Source: a virus
Taxonomy: Duplodnaviria > Caudoviricetes
Strand: one strand, 5' to 3'
Virus record (IMG/VR): IMGVR_UViG_3300008262_000001
Length of the DNA stretch: 64,000 bases
Shown here: in pieces, positions 28,867-38,893 of the stretch
How the letters are laid out: every line of letters starts with the position of its first letter
Numbering within the stretch: position 1 is the first letter of the stretch
The notes under the pieces: generated by a model
Databases searched by the model: none
What the model was told of the DNA's origin: nothing
Seen by the model: the letters and a program-made list of their open reading frames with translations, nothing else
Translations under genes and position numbers: made by a program

Positions 28867-29559
28867 TTACAAATATTTAGAAACTTCAGATTCTGGAATT
28901 GGGTCATATTCTATCTCACCAGATGCTGGATCTATTGATTTAACAACACCATAAGATCCAGACTTAGTATCTCTAATCACATCACCAATTCCAATTTCAG
29001 CATCAGGAGCTTGTCCTGATTGTGGAGGAGTTGGAGGGGGTGGTGTTTTAGCTGATTTTTCAAGCCATTCGTATATTTGCTCTGCTGAAAGATTAACAAA
29101 CTTAGCATCATCAGGATGATATTTACATCCTGGATAAAGTGCCTCTTCAGGCATCTTTCCAACTCCATCGAGTAATTGATTCAAAGCATAGTCAGCAGCA
29201 ACATTCCAAAGATCTGGATCTGGCATTTTTCTAGCAAAGTGAAATAAAACGTTGTGCATTATTTCATGACAAATCACGAATATAATTTCATCTTCAGATT
29301 TTTCAAGAACAAACCCTGGATCATAGTGAATACTAGATCCATCAGTTGCCATGGTTCTAAATCTTAGGTTTCTATTTTCCCTTATTGTTAATTCTGAAAG
29401 AAGCTTTCTAAAGAATGGATATTTAGTGACAATATCAAAACAACAAAGCCTCATCTTTTTAAAGGCATCCTCTGAAATTTGTTTGCCTTTTGGGTCGTCT
29501 ATATCAGCGTAGTTTTGCTCAAAGAGTTGAAATTCTTGCCATCCGAGGAGTCTTTTCAT
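28867..29559 (-). CDS. HExxH metallopeptidase (DUF2201 N-terminal type) with a tag-like N-terminus
   Basis: TMATDG, CHEIMH, WNVAADYALN, SAEQIY; N-terminus MKRLLGWQEFQLFEQ; GATATATAA at 29572-29580. Confidence 0.85.
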   Translation of the reverse strand: MKRLLGWQEFQLFEQNYADIDDPKGKQISEDAFKKMRLCCFDIVTKYPFFRKLLSELTIRENRNLRFRTMATDGSSIHYDPGFVLEKSEDEIIFVICHEIMHNVLFHFARKMPDPDLWNVAADYALNQLLDGVGKMPEEALYPGCKYHPDDAKFVNLSAEQIYEWLEKSAKTPPPPTPPQSGQAPDAEIGIGDVIRDTKSGSYGVVKSIDPASGEIEYDPIPESEVSKYL

Positions 29560-29581
29560 CAGATTTTTATTTTATATATCC

Positions 29582-31585
29582 TTAATCGTTTAACTCTCTT
29601 ACGAATTCGTTGAAAAGAACTGCTATAGGTTTAGGCACACTTGATTTGAATTTTTGGAAATCTGAATTCTGAATATGTGATCTCACTTGACTGTTTTCTG
29701 ACCATCTTGGGGTTTTAAAGATTTCCAATTCCTGACCTCCAAAGTCGTATTTTTTTCTCATCCATTCTCTCTGGAGAATTGTGTTTTCGAAATCTTGTTC
29801 TCCAACACAAACAGATACCGGATTAACCTCATCAATAATAGAATTGATTGCTAACTCTAGAAGTGACTCAGGGATGATTTTATAACCAACAAACAAATCG
29901 TTGTTTTCTGAGATCAGAGATCCAATAGATTTTTTAATTAAATCTTTAGAGAATGGAAATTTAAGCAGTTTTTCATCTGGATGAACAACACACAGGAAAA
30001 TTGGATTTCCGTTTTCCTTCTTAAGTCTTGTACACATCTTTAGGTGTCCATTATTAAATGGCTGAAACTTACCAATTACTAAATTGACTTTTTGCTTCTC
30101 TTCGTTAATGATCTTAATCTTTTTCTTCTCCTTGTTTGTAGAGATAACTTTTTTGAAGTCCTTAAACGAGAAGAATTCAGAAGTGTCCTCTTTTTTCTCC
30201 TCTTCTTTTTCACTTGGTTGTTCTTGTGTATCGACAGAGCTTTCATTAATTTGTTCTTCTACTGGAATATTGTTGTTTTCTACTGCTTCTTCAATCACTT
30301 CTACCACTTCTATTTCTTCATCAGCTTCTTGGGAAACTTTAAATGTGGTTGCTACTTTTTTAAACCACATGAAAGAAGGTACTCCAAGTGATTCCTGAAG
30401 TCTCTCTTTTCTCTTAGCATTAATATAAGCAGCAATCTCTTCCACAACTTTATTGAATTGTTGAATTAATCCTTCAGTAAAGAATCCATGAGGTTTTCTC
30501 TTTAACTTTCTAAATGAATTCAAAATCATTTGCAGAATTTCAGGATAAGCATCATCCTGTTCTATAAGTAAGAGAACATCAGGATCTTGGATAAACTCTT
30601 TGTTTATCGCAAAATTTTCAGATTTAAGGTATTCTGGTTTGTTAAAATCCGTCCCAATGTATTTCTGTCCATTCTTTTCAATGAATCTTTTAAAAACAGA
30701 AAAAACAAAGTTAATATATCTTTCTTCTGGCTCTTCCCCTGTAGCAGGGAAACTCTCCATATTTTCCTCAAGGATAAAATTCATAATGTCTATCAAACAC
30801 AACGAATAGACATCACTAGGAAAATATGTTGAAGCAGCAACCTTTCTATCTTTATTTAGCTCAGAAATTATTGGATCAACAACTTTAGCTAAAACTTCCT
30901 GTTCTCCTTCTTTACCAACAAATCTAAATACTATCGAATCGACTGTCCCTTGTAAATCTTCCCCTAAAGCACTTTTAGAGGCTTTAGGATCGATTAATGA
31001 TATAATGTATTTGGTAAAGCTTTGCGTTCTGAATTTGTCCTTTAAATCCATTATTGGAGTGGAAATAAACTCCAATATTGAAATCTTTTGATCCTGGTCT
31101 AATTTACCTTGAAAAAGAATCGGTGCTTTTTCAACACCAAGTTTATCAGCCCAAGAATCTAACTCCTCCTTATCTTGTATAGATCTAATATTCTCACCAA
31201 ACTCGTCCCTAACTGTGATATGAGTCAGAATAAGGTGATTTCTAGGAATTCTATCGTATTGAATTCTGACTGGTTTCGAATTTGGAAAATAAACCATACC
31301 AAATCTCCAGCCTTGAGGAATTTCTTGTTTTATACTTTCAGGAAGGGATTCTATATAAGTAATAGGTTTTTCATAATAGGTCATTAAAATCCTGTCCACT
31401 CTTGTGATAGGATTGTCTTGATCTTTTTTATAGAAAGAAATGTTATCACCTATGAAATCCTTTTCAAACGAAAAAGCAGAACCATCAAGATTTTCTGTGA
31501 TAGTCACATCATCCTTGAAAAGCTTTTCCACAAAGTCCTTGCCCTGTTTTTCGTAAATATCTGCTAGATTTTTTATTCCTGACAT
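29582..31585 (-). CDS. Degenerate RNA-ligase-like domain fused to a degenerate HIGH nucleotidyltransferase-like domain
   Basis: ITENLDGS (motif I K to N), LGVEKAPILFQG, DSIVFR (motif IV), AKVVDP; C-terminal IGKFQPFNNGH. Confidence 0.65.
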   Translation of the reverse strand: MSGIKNLADIYEKQGKDFVEKLFKDDVTITENLDGSAFSFEKDFIGDNISFYKKDQDNPITRVDRILMTYYEKPITYIESLPESIKQEIPQGWRFGMVYFPNSKPVRIQYDRIPRNHLILTHITVRDEFGENIRSIQDKEELDSWADKLGVEKAPILFQGKLDQDQKISILEFISTPIMDLKDKFRTQSFTKYIISLIDPKASKSALGEDLQGTVDSIVFRFVGKEGEQEVLAKVVDPIISELNKDRKVAASTYFPSDVYSLCLIDIMNFILEENMESFPATGEEPEERYINFVFSVFKRFIEKNGQKYIGTDFNKPEYLKSENFAINKEFIQDPDVLLLIEQDDAYPEILQMILNSFRKLKRKPHGFFTEGLIQQFNKVVEEIAAYINAKRKERLQESLGVPSFMWFKKVATTFKVSQEADEEIEVVEVIEEAVENNNIPVEEQINESSVDTQEQPSEKEEEKKEDTSEFFSFKDFKKVISTNKEKKKIKIINEEKQKVNLVIGKFQPFNNGHLKMCTRLKKENGNPIFLCVVHPDEKLLKFPFSKDLIKKSIGSLISENNDLFVGYKIIPESLLELAINSIIDEVNPVSVCVGEQDFENTILQREWMRKKYDFGGQELEIFKTPRWSENSQVRSHIQNSDFQKFKSSVPKPIAVLFNEFVRELND

Positions 31586-31589
31586 CTCT

Positions 31590-32036
31590 TTAATTTAATG
31601 AATAAACGAATTTATCTTTTTTATATCTGAAAATTGTAAAAGATCCAACTTTCAAACTTTTTTCAGGAACAAAATCTGATAAAATAGCATATGATTCTAA
31701 AATCTTAAGAATTTGCTTCACTAAAATAGCAGATCTATATCTCAAATTTGTATCTGAAACCAGAGAGTATAAAATACCTAGATAATCTTCTAAGTTGTTT
31801 TTACTTTCCGGTGTAATCAAGGCTTTGAAAACTTCGTTTTCAATCTTTTCAATTTCCTGATTATCTATAACAATGCTCCAATCTCCCTGCTCGTTCTTAT
31901 AAAATTCCCCTTTTTGTCCTAATAGTGTGTTGAATTTAACGGAATCTCCTATCGGAAAAATTGAAGTGATTTGTCCTCCGATATAATGTTGCAACACATG
32001 ATGCAGTGCAGTATTTTGAGATTGGTTTAAAAGCAT
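31590..32036 (-). CDS. Hypothetical protein
   Basis: 148-aa ORF in the operon. Confidence 0.6.
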   Translation of the reverse strand: MLLNQSQNTALHHVLQHYIGGQITSIFPIGDSVKFNTLLGQKGEFYKNEQGDWSIVIDNQEIEKIENEVFKALITPESKNNLEDYLGILYSLVSDTNLRYRSAILVKQILKILESYAILSDFVPEKSLKVGSFTIFRYKKDKFVYSLN

Positions 32037-32039
32037 TTT

Positions 32040-32762
32040 TTATTCCTCGTCTTCGTCTTCTATTTCGTCACCGTAGGTGTATTCAGAATTTGGATCTTCA
32101 TATTCATCTTCGTCCTCAAAATCATCAGATTCTTCAGTATCCTCATAGTGCTCGTCCCAAACTGGCTGTAGTTTACAAGAAAGATACTTTACAAAAACTT
32201 CACCCTCTTTTCTATCCTCAATCTTAGCCATTCTAGGACCATTGATCTCATCCAATTCTATACTCTCAATGAATAGTTTTGATTCCTCAAGGTTCATAAA
32301 AGGACCGAAAGTGTAAGAACCTAAATCTGGTGTGGTTTTAATCTTCAAAGGGGCAGAAGCCATATCTGTAGAATATTTCACCATTTGGCCATCCTTCTCG
32401 AAGAAGTAGTCATCGCACATACTAACAAAGAAGTAATTAGGCTCACCACCATCACCAACCATCTGCTTGGCAAGTTCTAATGCTTTAGACTCATTAACCT
32501 TCTTTTTGAAATCAAACTTCTTATCTTGCTTGATTTTAATTCCCTTCTTTTCTTTGTGCTCTTCCCAAGCCTTAGAAAGACCTTCCATATAATCTTGTTG
32601 AGCTTTCTTGTCTCCTTTAAACTTCTTATCAAAAGGACCAGAAACACCATGCTCTTTGTGATACTTCTTAGAAAAATCTAAATAAAGATTTCTTTCACTA
32701 ACCAACTGGCTTTCTGCTAGCTCTTGTTTTTTCTTTTCTACAATAGAAGAAAACTTTTTCAT
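32040..32762 (-). CDS. Hypothetical protein with a basic N-half and an acidic tail
   Basis: 240-aa ORF. Confidence 0.65.
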   Translation of the reverse strand: MKKFSSIVEKKKQELAESQLVSERNLYLDFSKKYHKEHGVSGPFDKKFKGDKKAQQDYMEGLSKAWEEHKEKKGIKIKQDKKFDFKKKVNESKALELAKQMVGDGGEPNYFFVSMCDDYFFEKDGQMVKYSTDMASAPLKIKTTPDLGSYTFGPFMNLEESKLFIESIELDEINGPRMAKIEDRKEGEVFVKYLSCKLQPVWDEHYEDTEESDDFEDEDEYEDPNSEYTYGDEIEDEDEE

Positions 32763-32776
32763 TTTATTAATTTATT

Positions 32777-33355
32777 TTATTTAAAAATCGGTTGATTAGG
32801 ATTCTTTTCTCTGGTATAGTAAAGATTAGCACGGTTTCTAGCTATATCATCTAAAACCGGACTTTGTCCTCTTTTAACTCCACCTTTTTGATAAAGATCT
32901 GCTACGTTATCTTCCAATTGCTTTTCACTTCTAATATTAGGAAGATCTTTTTTGGCGAACTCCTCATTAGTGTGTCTCATAAACTCCAAATCAACAGAAT
33001 CGTCCTTTGGAGTACTTTTAGAAAAGGAGTAATTTGTTGGACCGAATACCCTTTTAAGAACATTTGGAACAACAGAGAAAACTCCAAAGAGTGTTTCTAC
33101 ACCAGTGTCTGGACCTCCACCTCTTGAAGCTCTGTTTGATTTAACCAAGCTTGATCCCTCTCTTGCCATGTTGTTGATTCTAGTTTCAACTTTTTGGAAG
33201 AAGTCACGGGTTTTTTGGAGAATTGTTGGATCATCTGAAAGTCCGTAGCTTTCTTTAGATCTTTTTTTGTACGTATCTCCCTGATTGTGTCTTTTAAAAA
33301 ACAATTTTTCACTCTCGTTAATACAAAAAGATTCGTATACTTGAAGATTTTTCAT
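32777..33355 (-). CDS. Hypothetical protein with a tag-like N-terminus (MKNLQVYESFCINES)
   Basis: GATATATAA at 33376-33384. Confidence 0.7.
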   Translation of the reverse strand: MKNLQVYESFCINESEKLFFKRHNQGDTYKKRSKESYGLSDDPTILQKTRDFFQKVETRINNMAREGSSLVKSNRASRGGGPDTGVETLFGVFSVVPNVLKRVFGPTNYSFSKSTPKDDSVDLEFMRHTNEEFAKKDLPNIRSEKQLEDNVADLYQKGGVKRGQSPVLDDIARNRANLYYTREKNPNQPIFK

Positions 33356-33390
33356 TACCTTTCCTTTCTTTCTTTTTATATATCCAAAAT

Positions 33391-34917
33391 CTAAAATTTG
33401 ATCTCATAGACCTTGTAATCGAAGTGTTCTCTTTTGTAGATTTCTATTCTTTCTTTGGAGTGTTTCATAAGATAATTGTCTTTGCTATTGCAACTGAAAT
33501 CATCAACAAAGTCTATTATGTTAACTTTCTCCTTACCTTCAAAAAGTCTCATTCCTCTCCCAAGACTTTGTTTGATCAAAACCTCGGATTTATAGGACTC
33601 GGTTAAAAAGATATTATGAATATTTTTTATGCTTACTCCTGTTGAAAGAGTACCGAAAGAAGCTACTAAAATCTTATTGGTTCCCTCTTCCATTCTCTTA
33701 GTGAAAATATCTCGCTTCTCAGGATCAGTATCACCGTCTATATAGTATACCTCGTGTTCAGAACTCTTTTCTCTGATTCCATCGTAGATTCTTTTTCCGT
33801 ATCCCTCTCCTACTGACTGGAATAGTACCAACGAATTTTTAGAAGTTTTCAGAATGAAATTAATCACATAATCAAGTCTTTTATCTGAGTTAATTACAAG
33901 CTTCCTTTCTATATTGAAAATCTCATTTCCTTCTATCTCTTTCTTGTTCTCTTTTAGATTTGAAAGTTTTTCTTTGACCTCCTCATCAAGCCAATCCATT
34001 TTGACTATCTTAATAGAAACCGGTGTAGCATATTTGTTATCAAACAAAAACTTAGGAGATATCTCCATTATCAAAGGTCCAAGAAATTGCTGGATAGTAA
34101 GATATTCAGCGCTGCTTTTGTTTGTCAATGTTCCAGAAAGTCCGAACCTCCATCTAGAATCCCGACACAAAGAGACAACCTTTTTGATGGAAGCACTTGA
34201 TCCTTGATGGCATTCATCAACAAAAACCGCTTCTACCCCATCAAAAAATTCAGGCTCCATCTTCACTAAAGATTGGTATGTCCCTATCATTAGCCCACTA
34301 GAAATTTTCTTCTTATTAGATCCATGGATTTGCTGAAGCTCACAGTTTTCTAATTCTTCTAAACCATACTCCTCGAAATCCTCAGATCCTTGAAGAACTA
34401 GATTACTATTAGGAACAACCATCAAGAATTTCTGGACGTTGTGAACTTTCTTCAGATATGCTAAGACTATGAAAGCAATAAGGGTTTTACCAGAACTTGT
34501 AGCAACTTCAGAAACTGAAAGTTTAAACCTGATGATTTTCCATGCAGTTTCTATTTGGTAATCCCTCGGCTTAAAAGATTTGTTTTCAAAAAAATCATCA
34601 CACCATTTTGTAAATTCTTCAAGAGTAAAGCCAGAATCTATTATTCTTTCAAGTCCCTCTATTCTGACCTCAATTTTGTATTTTTGCCCTATTTGATAAA
34701 GCTCAGACCAAAGACCAATTGGGACTCTCCAAATTGGAAGTCTTTTATCTATAAAACATATAGATCCATCCCACACTTTTTTCTTGACTAAGGGATGGAA
34801 GAAGTGATTATGAATTTTTTTAGTTAATGATATTTCAATTTGCTTTTTTTCAAACTCCTCATCATGATCCACTAAAGTCAGCCAATTATTATCATCACTT
34901 ACTACGAACTTTATCAT
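33391..34917 (-). CDS. uvsW: UvsW-like SF2 DNA helicase
   Basis: PRDYQ, ATSSGKT, VDECH, GLSGT, QSLGRGMR. Confidence 0.92.
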   Translation of the reverse strand: MIKFVVSDDNNWLTLVDHDEEFEKKQIEISLTKKIHNHFFHPLVKKKVWDGSICFIDKRLPIWRVPIGLWSELYQIGQKYKIEVRIEGLERIIDSGFTLEEFTKWCDDFFENKSFKPRDYQIETAWKIIRFKLSVSEVATSSGKTLIAFIVLAYLKKVHNVQKFLMVVPNSNLVLQGSEDFEEYGLEELENCELQQIHGSNKKKISSGLMIGTYQSLVKMEPEFFDGVEAVFVDECHQGSSASIKKVVSLCRDSRWRFGLSGTLTNKSSAEYLTIQQFLGPLIMEISPKFLFDNKYATPVSIKIVKMDWLDEEVKEKLSNLKENKKEIEGNEIFNIERKLVINSDKRLDYVINFILKTSKNSLVLFQSVGEGYGKRIYDGIREKSSEHEVYYIDGDTDPEKRDIFTKRMEEGTNKILVASFGTLSTGVSIKNIHNIFLTESYKSEVLIKQSLGRGMRLFEGKEKVNIIDFVDDFSCNSKDNYLMKHSKERIEIYKREHFDYKVYEIKF

Positions 34918-34920
34918 CCA

Positions 34921-35391
34921 TTAATAGTTATTTTTAACAGCTCCTGATCTTAAATACTCCTCCAAAGCTATGCGGCTCTTTATACCATAAAGGCAGTGGT
35001 CAACAGTTTTAATTGTCTCATTTACAAATGAAATCTGATTTTCAACTATATCCATTCTTTCTTTGAGGTCAGAAAGGTCTCCTTCAATAAGTGGGGTTTT
35101 TTCATTAGCACCATATTTTATCTGGCTGTTTTCAGAATAAAATTTTAACCTATCGCCTCTATCTTTTCTGTGCTTAGAATTCAACTTCGTCATTACTTGT
35201 CCAAGTTTAGCAGAATATTCCAACAGAATTTGTCTACTAGAATAAAGCTCAACCTGAACCTCACTCAGTTCCCTGATATTTTTCATTCGGATAGAAAGCG
35301 TTCTTATTTTTTCAGTCCACTCAGATCGCTCTTCACTGAATTTTTTGTCGAAATCTATTTTGCTTTCTATATTAGTTTGTTGCTCTGACAT
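34921..35391 (-). CDS. uvsY: UvsY-like recombination mediator
   Basis: Helical 156 aa with a UvsY-like C-terminus (IEGD...IK.VD...YGIKSRI..E.Y..G); adjacent to uvsW as in T4-like phages. Confidence 0.65.
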   Translation of the reverse strand: MSEQQTNIESKIDFDKKFSEERSEWTEKIRTLSIRMKNIRELSEVQVELYSSRQILLEYSAKLGQVMTKLNSKHRKDRGDRLKFYSENSQIKYGANEKTPLIEGDLSDLKERMDIVENQISFVNETIKTVDHCLYGIKSRIALEEYLRSGAVKNNY

Positions 35392-35558
35392 TTTTGTTTT
35401 TTTCTTTTAATTGATTCTACCTCTTTCACTTCGGAGCTAATCTTAGCTTTCAGAGGCGGACTTTGGTAATTCATAGAAAGATCTAGATCTGGGAAATCCG
35501 TATCGCCTTTGATGTCCAATGGAAATTTAACCTTTCCATCATTAGTTTTAGCTTTCAT
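35367..35558 (-). CDS. Small hypothetical protein (start MKAKTND)
   Basis: ATGA overlap with the primase stop. Confidence 0.4.
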   Translation of the reverse strand: MKAKTNDGKVKFPLDIKGDTDFPDLDLSMNYQSPPLKAKISSEVKEVESIKRKKQKCQSNKLI

Positions 35559-36625
35559 ATTTCTATAATATCCCATTTGTCAGCTGAAAAATAGTTATCC
35601 AATCTTTTAATTTTATTACCAGTAGATCTAAGATAATTCACCACGTCATTTAAGTCCCATTTGTCCCTTTCTGGAAAAGAGTTTTCTTTAAGAAATTTTC
35701 CCCAAAGAAAAACCTGTTCACCCTTATCTAAGAGTTCTCTAGATTTTCTTCTACCTGCCTCATCTCCATCTAAAAACCATCTCTTGTTAGTAACATCAAA
35801 AGGAAACTGGTTGTTGATAGAACAAAGTGCAATAGAGTTAGGACAAAGCCAAGCATCCATTGGTCCTTCAAAAGTGGTGATCATAGCATCCAAGTCAACA
35901 GTTGAAAATCCGAACACACTGGATATCGGGTCTACTTCCTCTGCCTTAGAAATTATATCTGGATTTTTTTCATTGAACAGATTTTTGTAAATACCACTAA
36001 GTTTGTATGTGAAGTATTTACTGCTGCTTTTTTTTACAATAGGTCTTATCTGAATTCCAAGAATGAAATTGTCATCACCAGTTAAATTTAAAAGATATAG
36101 ATTTTTTCTTTTTGGATCCCACAAGAATTTAGAATCTGGAGAGTGATTTCTGTTTAGAATCCATTTCTCTGCAAAAGTTCCCTTAACTTCTTGTAGCTCA
36201 AGTCTTTCTTTGAAAAGATCTCTTGGAATGAGTACATCTTTATAGTTTTCGGTAAAGAAGAAATCAATTGAATTTCTGATTTTTTTTCTTGCAACAGATG
36301 ATCTGGAGATCTCAGCTATTTCAGAAACCTCTTCCATCGACAACAAACTATGAGTATCAAAATCTCTTAGGAATTGGTTTAGATTTCTGAAAACACCACA
36401 ACCTCCATTGTAACACTTATAAGTGAGAGTGTCTAGATATAGGTTACCTCTCTTTTTTCTGGCGTCTTTGGAATCTCCACAAAACGGGCAGCAGAAATTT
36501 AATCTACTGCCCGCTTGGTATATTTTTAACCTTTGTGGATCGTTTCCAAAAAACTTTTGAAGAGATGCTTGTACGACAGCTTTTACTCTGTCAACAGACA
36601 AACCACTGACTTCTCTTGTTTCCAT
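35555..36625 (-). CDS. DNA primase (gp61-like)
   Basis: CPFCGDS...YKCYNGGC zinc finger; TOPRIM FEGPMDA and DGDEAG. Confidence 0.9.
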   Translation of the reverse strand: METREVSGLSVDRVKAVVQASLQKFFGNDPQRLKIYQAGSRLNFCCPFCGDSKDARKKRGNLYLDTLTYKCYNGGCGVFRNLNQFLRDFDTHSLLSMEEVSEIAEISRSSVARKKIRNSIDFFFTENYKDVLIPRDLFKERLELQEVKGTFAEKWILNRNHSPDSKFLWDPKRKNLYLLNLTGDDNFILGIQIRPIVKKSSSKYFTYKLSGIYKNLFNEKNPDIISKAEEVDPISSVFGFSTVDLDAMITTFEGPMDAWLCPNSIALCSINNQFPFDVTNKRWFLDGDEAGRRKSRELLDKGEQVFLWGKFLKENSFPERDKWDLNDVVNYLRSTGNKIKRLDNYFSADKWDIIEI

Positions 36626-36643
36626 TCCGATCCATTATTAAGG

Positions 36644-37615
36644 TTATAGATCGTTATAAAGATCGTCTAGAGATGGTGAAGATTTCTTACCTGCTGGTTT
36701 TGAAGCTTTTGCCTTTTCTTCTTCATCACCAAAGAATTCTGAGTCTGCAGAAGATTGTTTAGTAGGAACTTGATCAAAGAAATTATCTGAAGACGATGAA
36801 GGTGCAGATGAACTTTTAGAATCCGAACCACCTCCAATAATTTCAGAAACCATTCTTCCGTCAGGAATAGTGTTTCTTACAATTCTCATTATCTTTTCAT
36901 TCTCCTCTTCTGACCAATCTTTGAAATCGTATTTTTCGAGATCTAATGGACCAGATTGGAGATATTTTGTGATGATGTCTCTGCTCTTTTCAGTTTTTTC
37001 AACTGCATTGCCTTCGACTAAGAGTGGAGTTTTATCTCCAACAAATTGACAAAGATCATAGTTGTTCCATTCTCCAACCTTTCTAACATGTAAACCGAAG
37101 TTTTTACCTTCAAAAAGATCGTATGGATTTGAAGGATTTCCAAATTCAGGCTTAATTTGTTGCTCGATTAGATCATTTACTTTTCTACCGAACTTCAATA
37201 CCATGATTTTACCCTCGAGATCAGGTCTGTTTGGATCCTTAACTATTTGAATAAGAGAATAGAAATCTTCTTTTCTTGAGAAAGATTTAGAAATCTCTTG
37301 GTCTTTAGCTGATGGTGAATTCTTAAGCTTCCAGAAGATGTCTTTGAGAATAGATTTTTTACCAACTGTAGAAGGACAAAGTGCCTTCATGTTTGTTCCA
37401 TCAACTGGGTCTTTCAACCACACATAGTACTGATGAATTTTAGATTTCTTTGGGTTGGTAACATTGGGAAGAAATCTAATAAGAGATTTGTAAACCCCGT
37501 CTTTTCCAAGTTCTGGATAAGGTTTGTAAAGGGACTCGTCCTCGTCTCTTTTAACTTCCTGTTTTACGAAAGCCTCATTGTCTAAATTAAAAATGTCAAA
37601 ATCCTGATTTTCCAT
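36644..37615 (-). CDS. Single-stranded DNA-binding protein (gp32-like)
   Basis: IRFLP, EGKI...FG.KV, PYDLFEG.NF...WNNYD and an acidic/Ser-rich tail. Confidence 0.85.
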   Translation of the reverse strand: MENQDFDIFNLDNEAFVKQEVKRDEDESLYKPYPELGKDGVYKSLIRFLPNVTNPKKSKIHQYYVWLKDPVDGTNMKALCPSTVGKKSILKDIFWKLKNSPSAKDQEISKSFSRKEDFYSLIQIVKDPNRPDLEGKIMVLKFGRKVNDLIEQQIKPEFGNPSNPYDLFEGKNFGLHVRKVGEWNNYDLCQFVGDKTPLLVEGNAVEKTEKSRDIITKYLQSGPLDLEKYDFKDWSEEENEKIMRIVRNTIPDGRMVSEIIGGGSDSKSSSAPSSSSDNFFDQVPTKQSSADSEFFGDEEEKAKASKPAGKKSSPSLDDLYNDL

Positions 37616-37650
37616 AATTCTTTAAATTTTTTAAAATTGTTTTATTCAAA

Positions 37651-38355
37651 TTATACCGCTTGCTCTTTCGAAAGTTTCTCTTTGTTTTCCTCAATAAATA
37701 ATGCTATCCAAGTGGCATCCACAAGATCAGAACACGGGTTCTCAACTTTGTTTGCTCCCTTTACCCACTGTGACTTGTACTCTTTTAGTAAATCAATGAA
37801 AGGTTTAAGTCTAAGATCATCTTTTCTTTTTTCGATCAATGCTTCGTAGAGTTCATCTTTTTTCGAATTTCCCTTAAGTGCAAATTTTTTAATAGTTGTT
37901 GGTGAAAAGACAAAGAAGTTATCTGGATTAATCTTTTTGACAATAGCTGATCTGATAAGAGCAGTGGTCATAGAAATATCAATAAGCGAGTTACCAGAAG
38001 AGCCAAATGAAAGTCCCTCCATTGCAACCACAGTATTTTCGTCCAAATAGGGAGTTAAAAGGTCAATTGCAAGATCAGAAAAGTAAATTGCATTTAAAAT
38101 TTTTTGTCTTTCTTTTAAATGATAATCGTCACTAAATTCTTTTCTTGCTATGATATTCACATCTACAAAACTGCTATCATTGAGAATCTTAAAAGGAGAT
38201 CCCTCCTTCTTATACATTTTGTCGATGATATTAGATGTACGATGAAGACTGATCCAACTACATCCAGAAGATGTCAAAATACAGAATCCAGGACTATTTA
38301 AAGAAAAGTCCACACCTACATATTTGGTCTCATTATTCATATTAGCCAATTTCAA
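37651..38355 (-). CDS. RuvC-like (RNase H fold) Holliday junction resolvase
   Basis: VGVDFSLNSPG, AMEGLSFG, DLVDA. Confidence 0.8.
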   Translation of the reverse strand: MKLANMNNETKYVGVDFSLNSPGFCILTSSGCSWISLHRTSNIIDKMYKKEGSPFKILNDSSFVDVNIIARKEFSDDYHLKERQKILNAIYFSDLAIDLLTPYLDENTVVAMEGLSFGSSGNSLIDISMTTALIRSAIVKKINPDNFFVFSPTTIKKFALKGNSKKDELYEALIEKRKDDLRLKPFIDLLKEYKSQWVKGANKVENPCSDLVDATWIALFIEENKEKLSKEQAV

Positions 38356-38893
38356 GTTTAACGTTTACATAGTTACACCTGAAACCGATACTAAAAGTGG
38401 AAAATTGTGGAGTGGTACTAGCATAGTTAAGCTGAAGATCTGAAATACTAGTTACTATCGGCTGCTGTAAAATAACAGAAGCCATAATAATACCCTCATT
38501 ATCTAAAAGAAGTAGCCTGAAATCTGGAAGATATTGTTCAGGATTTTGGAAGTCTAAGAATCTAACTATATTTTCATAGAGAACCCAATAATTGATGAAT
38601 CCCTCACCTAGTTTAAAACTAACTGTGAAATCCCTTTGGATTAGATTCTGTAGCGTTGTTGAGCTTTTGTAATTCTGCTTGTAACCACCGGGTCTTATCT
38701 GTTCAACATTATCTATGCTTCTAATTGTTGGAAAATTAACAGATTGTATAGTTGCATTAATAAAATCATTAACCGTGTCATAAGGAATAGGCATTCTTTT
38801 AATGTACCCCTCATACTTCTCTACAACTTCCGGGTATATAAATCCTTTTGGAAAATTAAAAATAAACCCGTTTTGCCTTGCGTTCAGGATCAT
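38342..38893 (-). CDS. Tail-tube-fold protein (T4 gp3 tail terminator-like)
   Basis: QSVNFP...FTVSFKL...LLLLDN.G...TSISDL.L.Y...F.TF...F pattern. Confidence 0.6.
   Translation of the reverse strand: MILNARQNGFIFNFPKGFIYPEVVEKYEGYIKRMPIPYDTVNDFINATIQSVNFPTIRSIDNVEQIRPGGYKQNYKSSTTLQNLIQRDFTVSFKLGEGFINYWVLYENIVRFLDFQNPEQYLPDFRLLLLDNEGIIMASVILQQPIVTSISDLQLNYASTTPQFSTFSIGFRCNYVNVKLEIG

Noticed and set aside
28861-28869. Stop-codon readthrough or genetic recoding joining the peptidase and vWA ORFs
   Set aside because: Two tandem TAA codons are present, and ORFs throughout the window are full length in the standard code, so there is no sign of reassignment.
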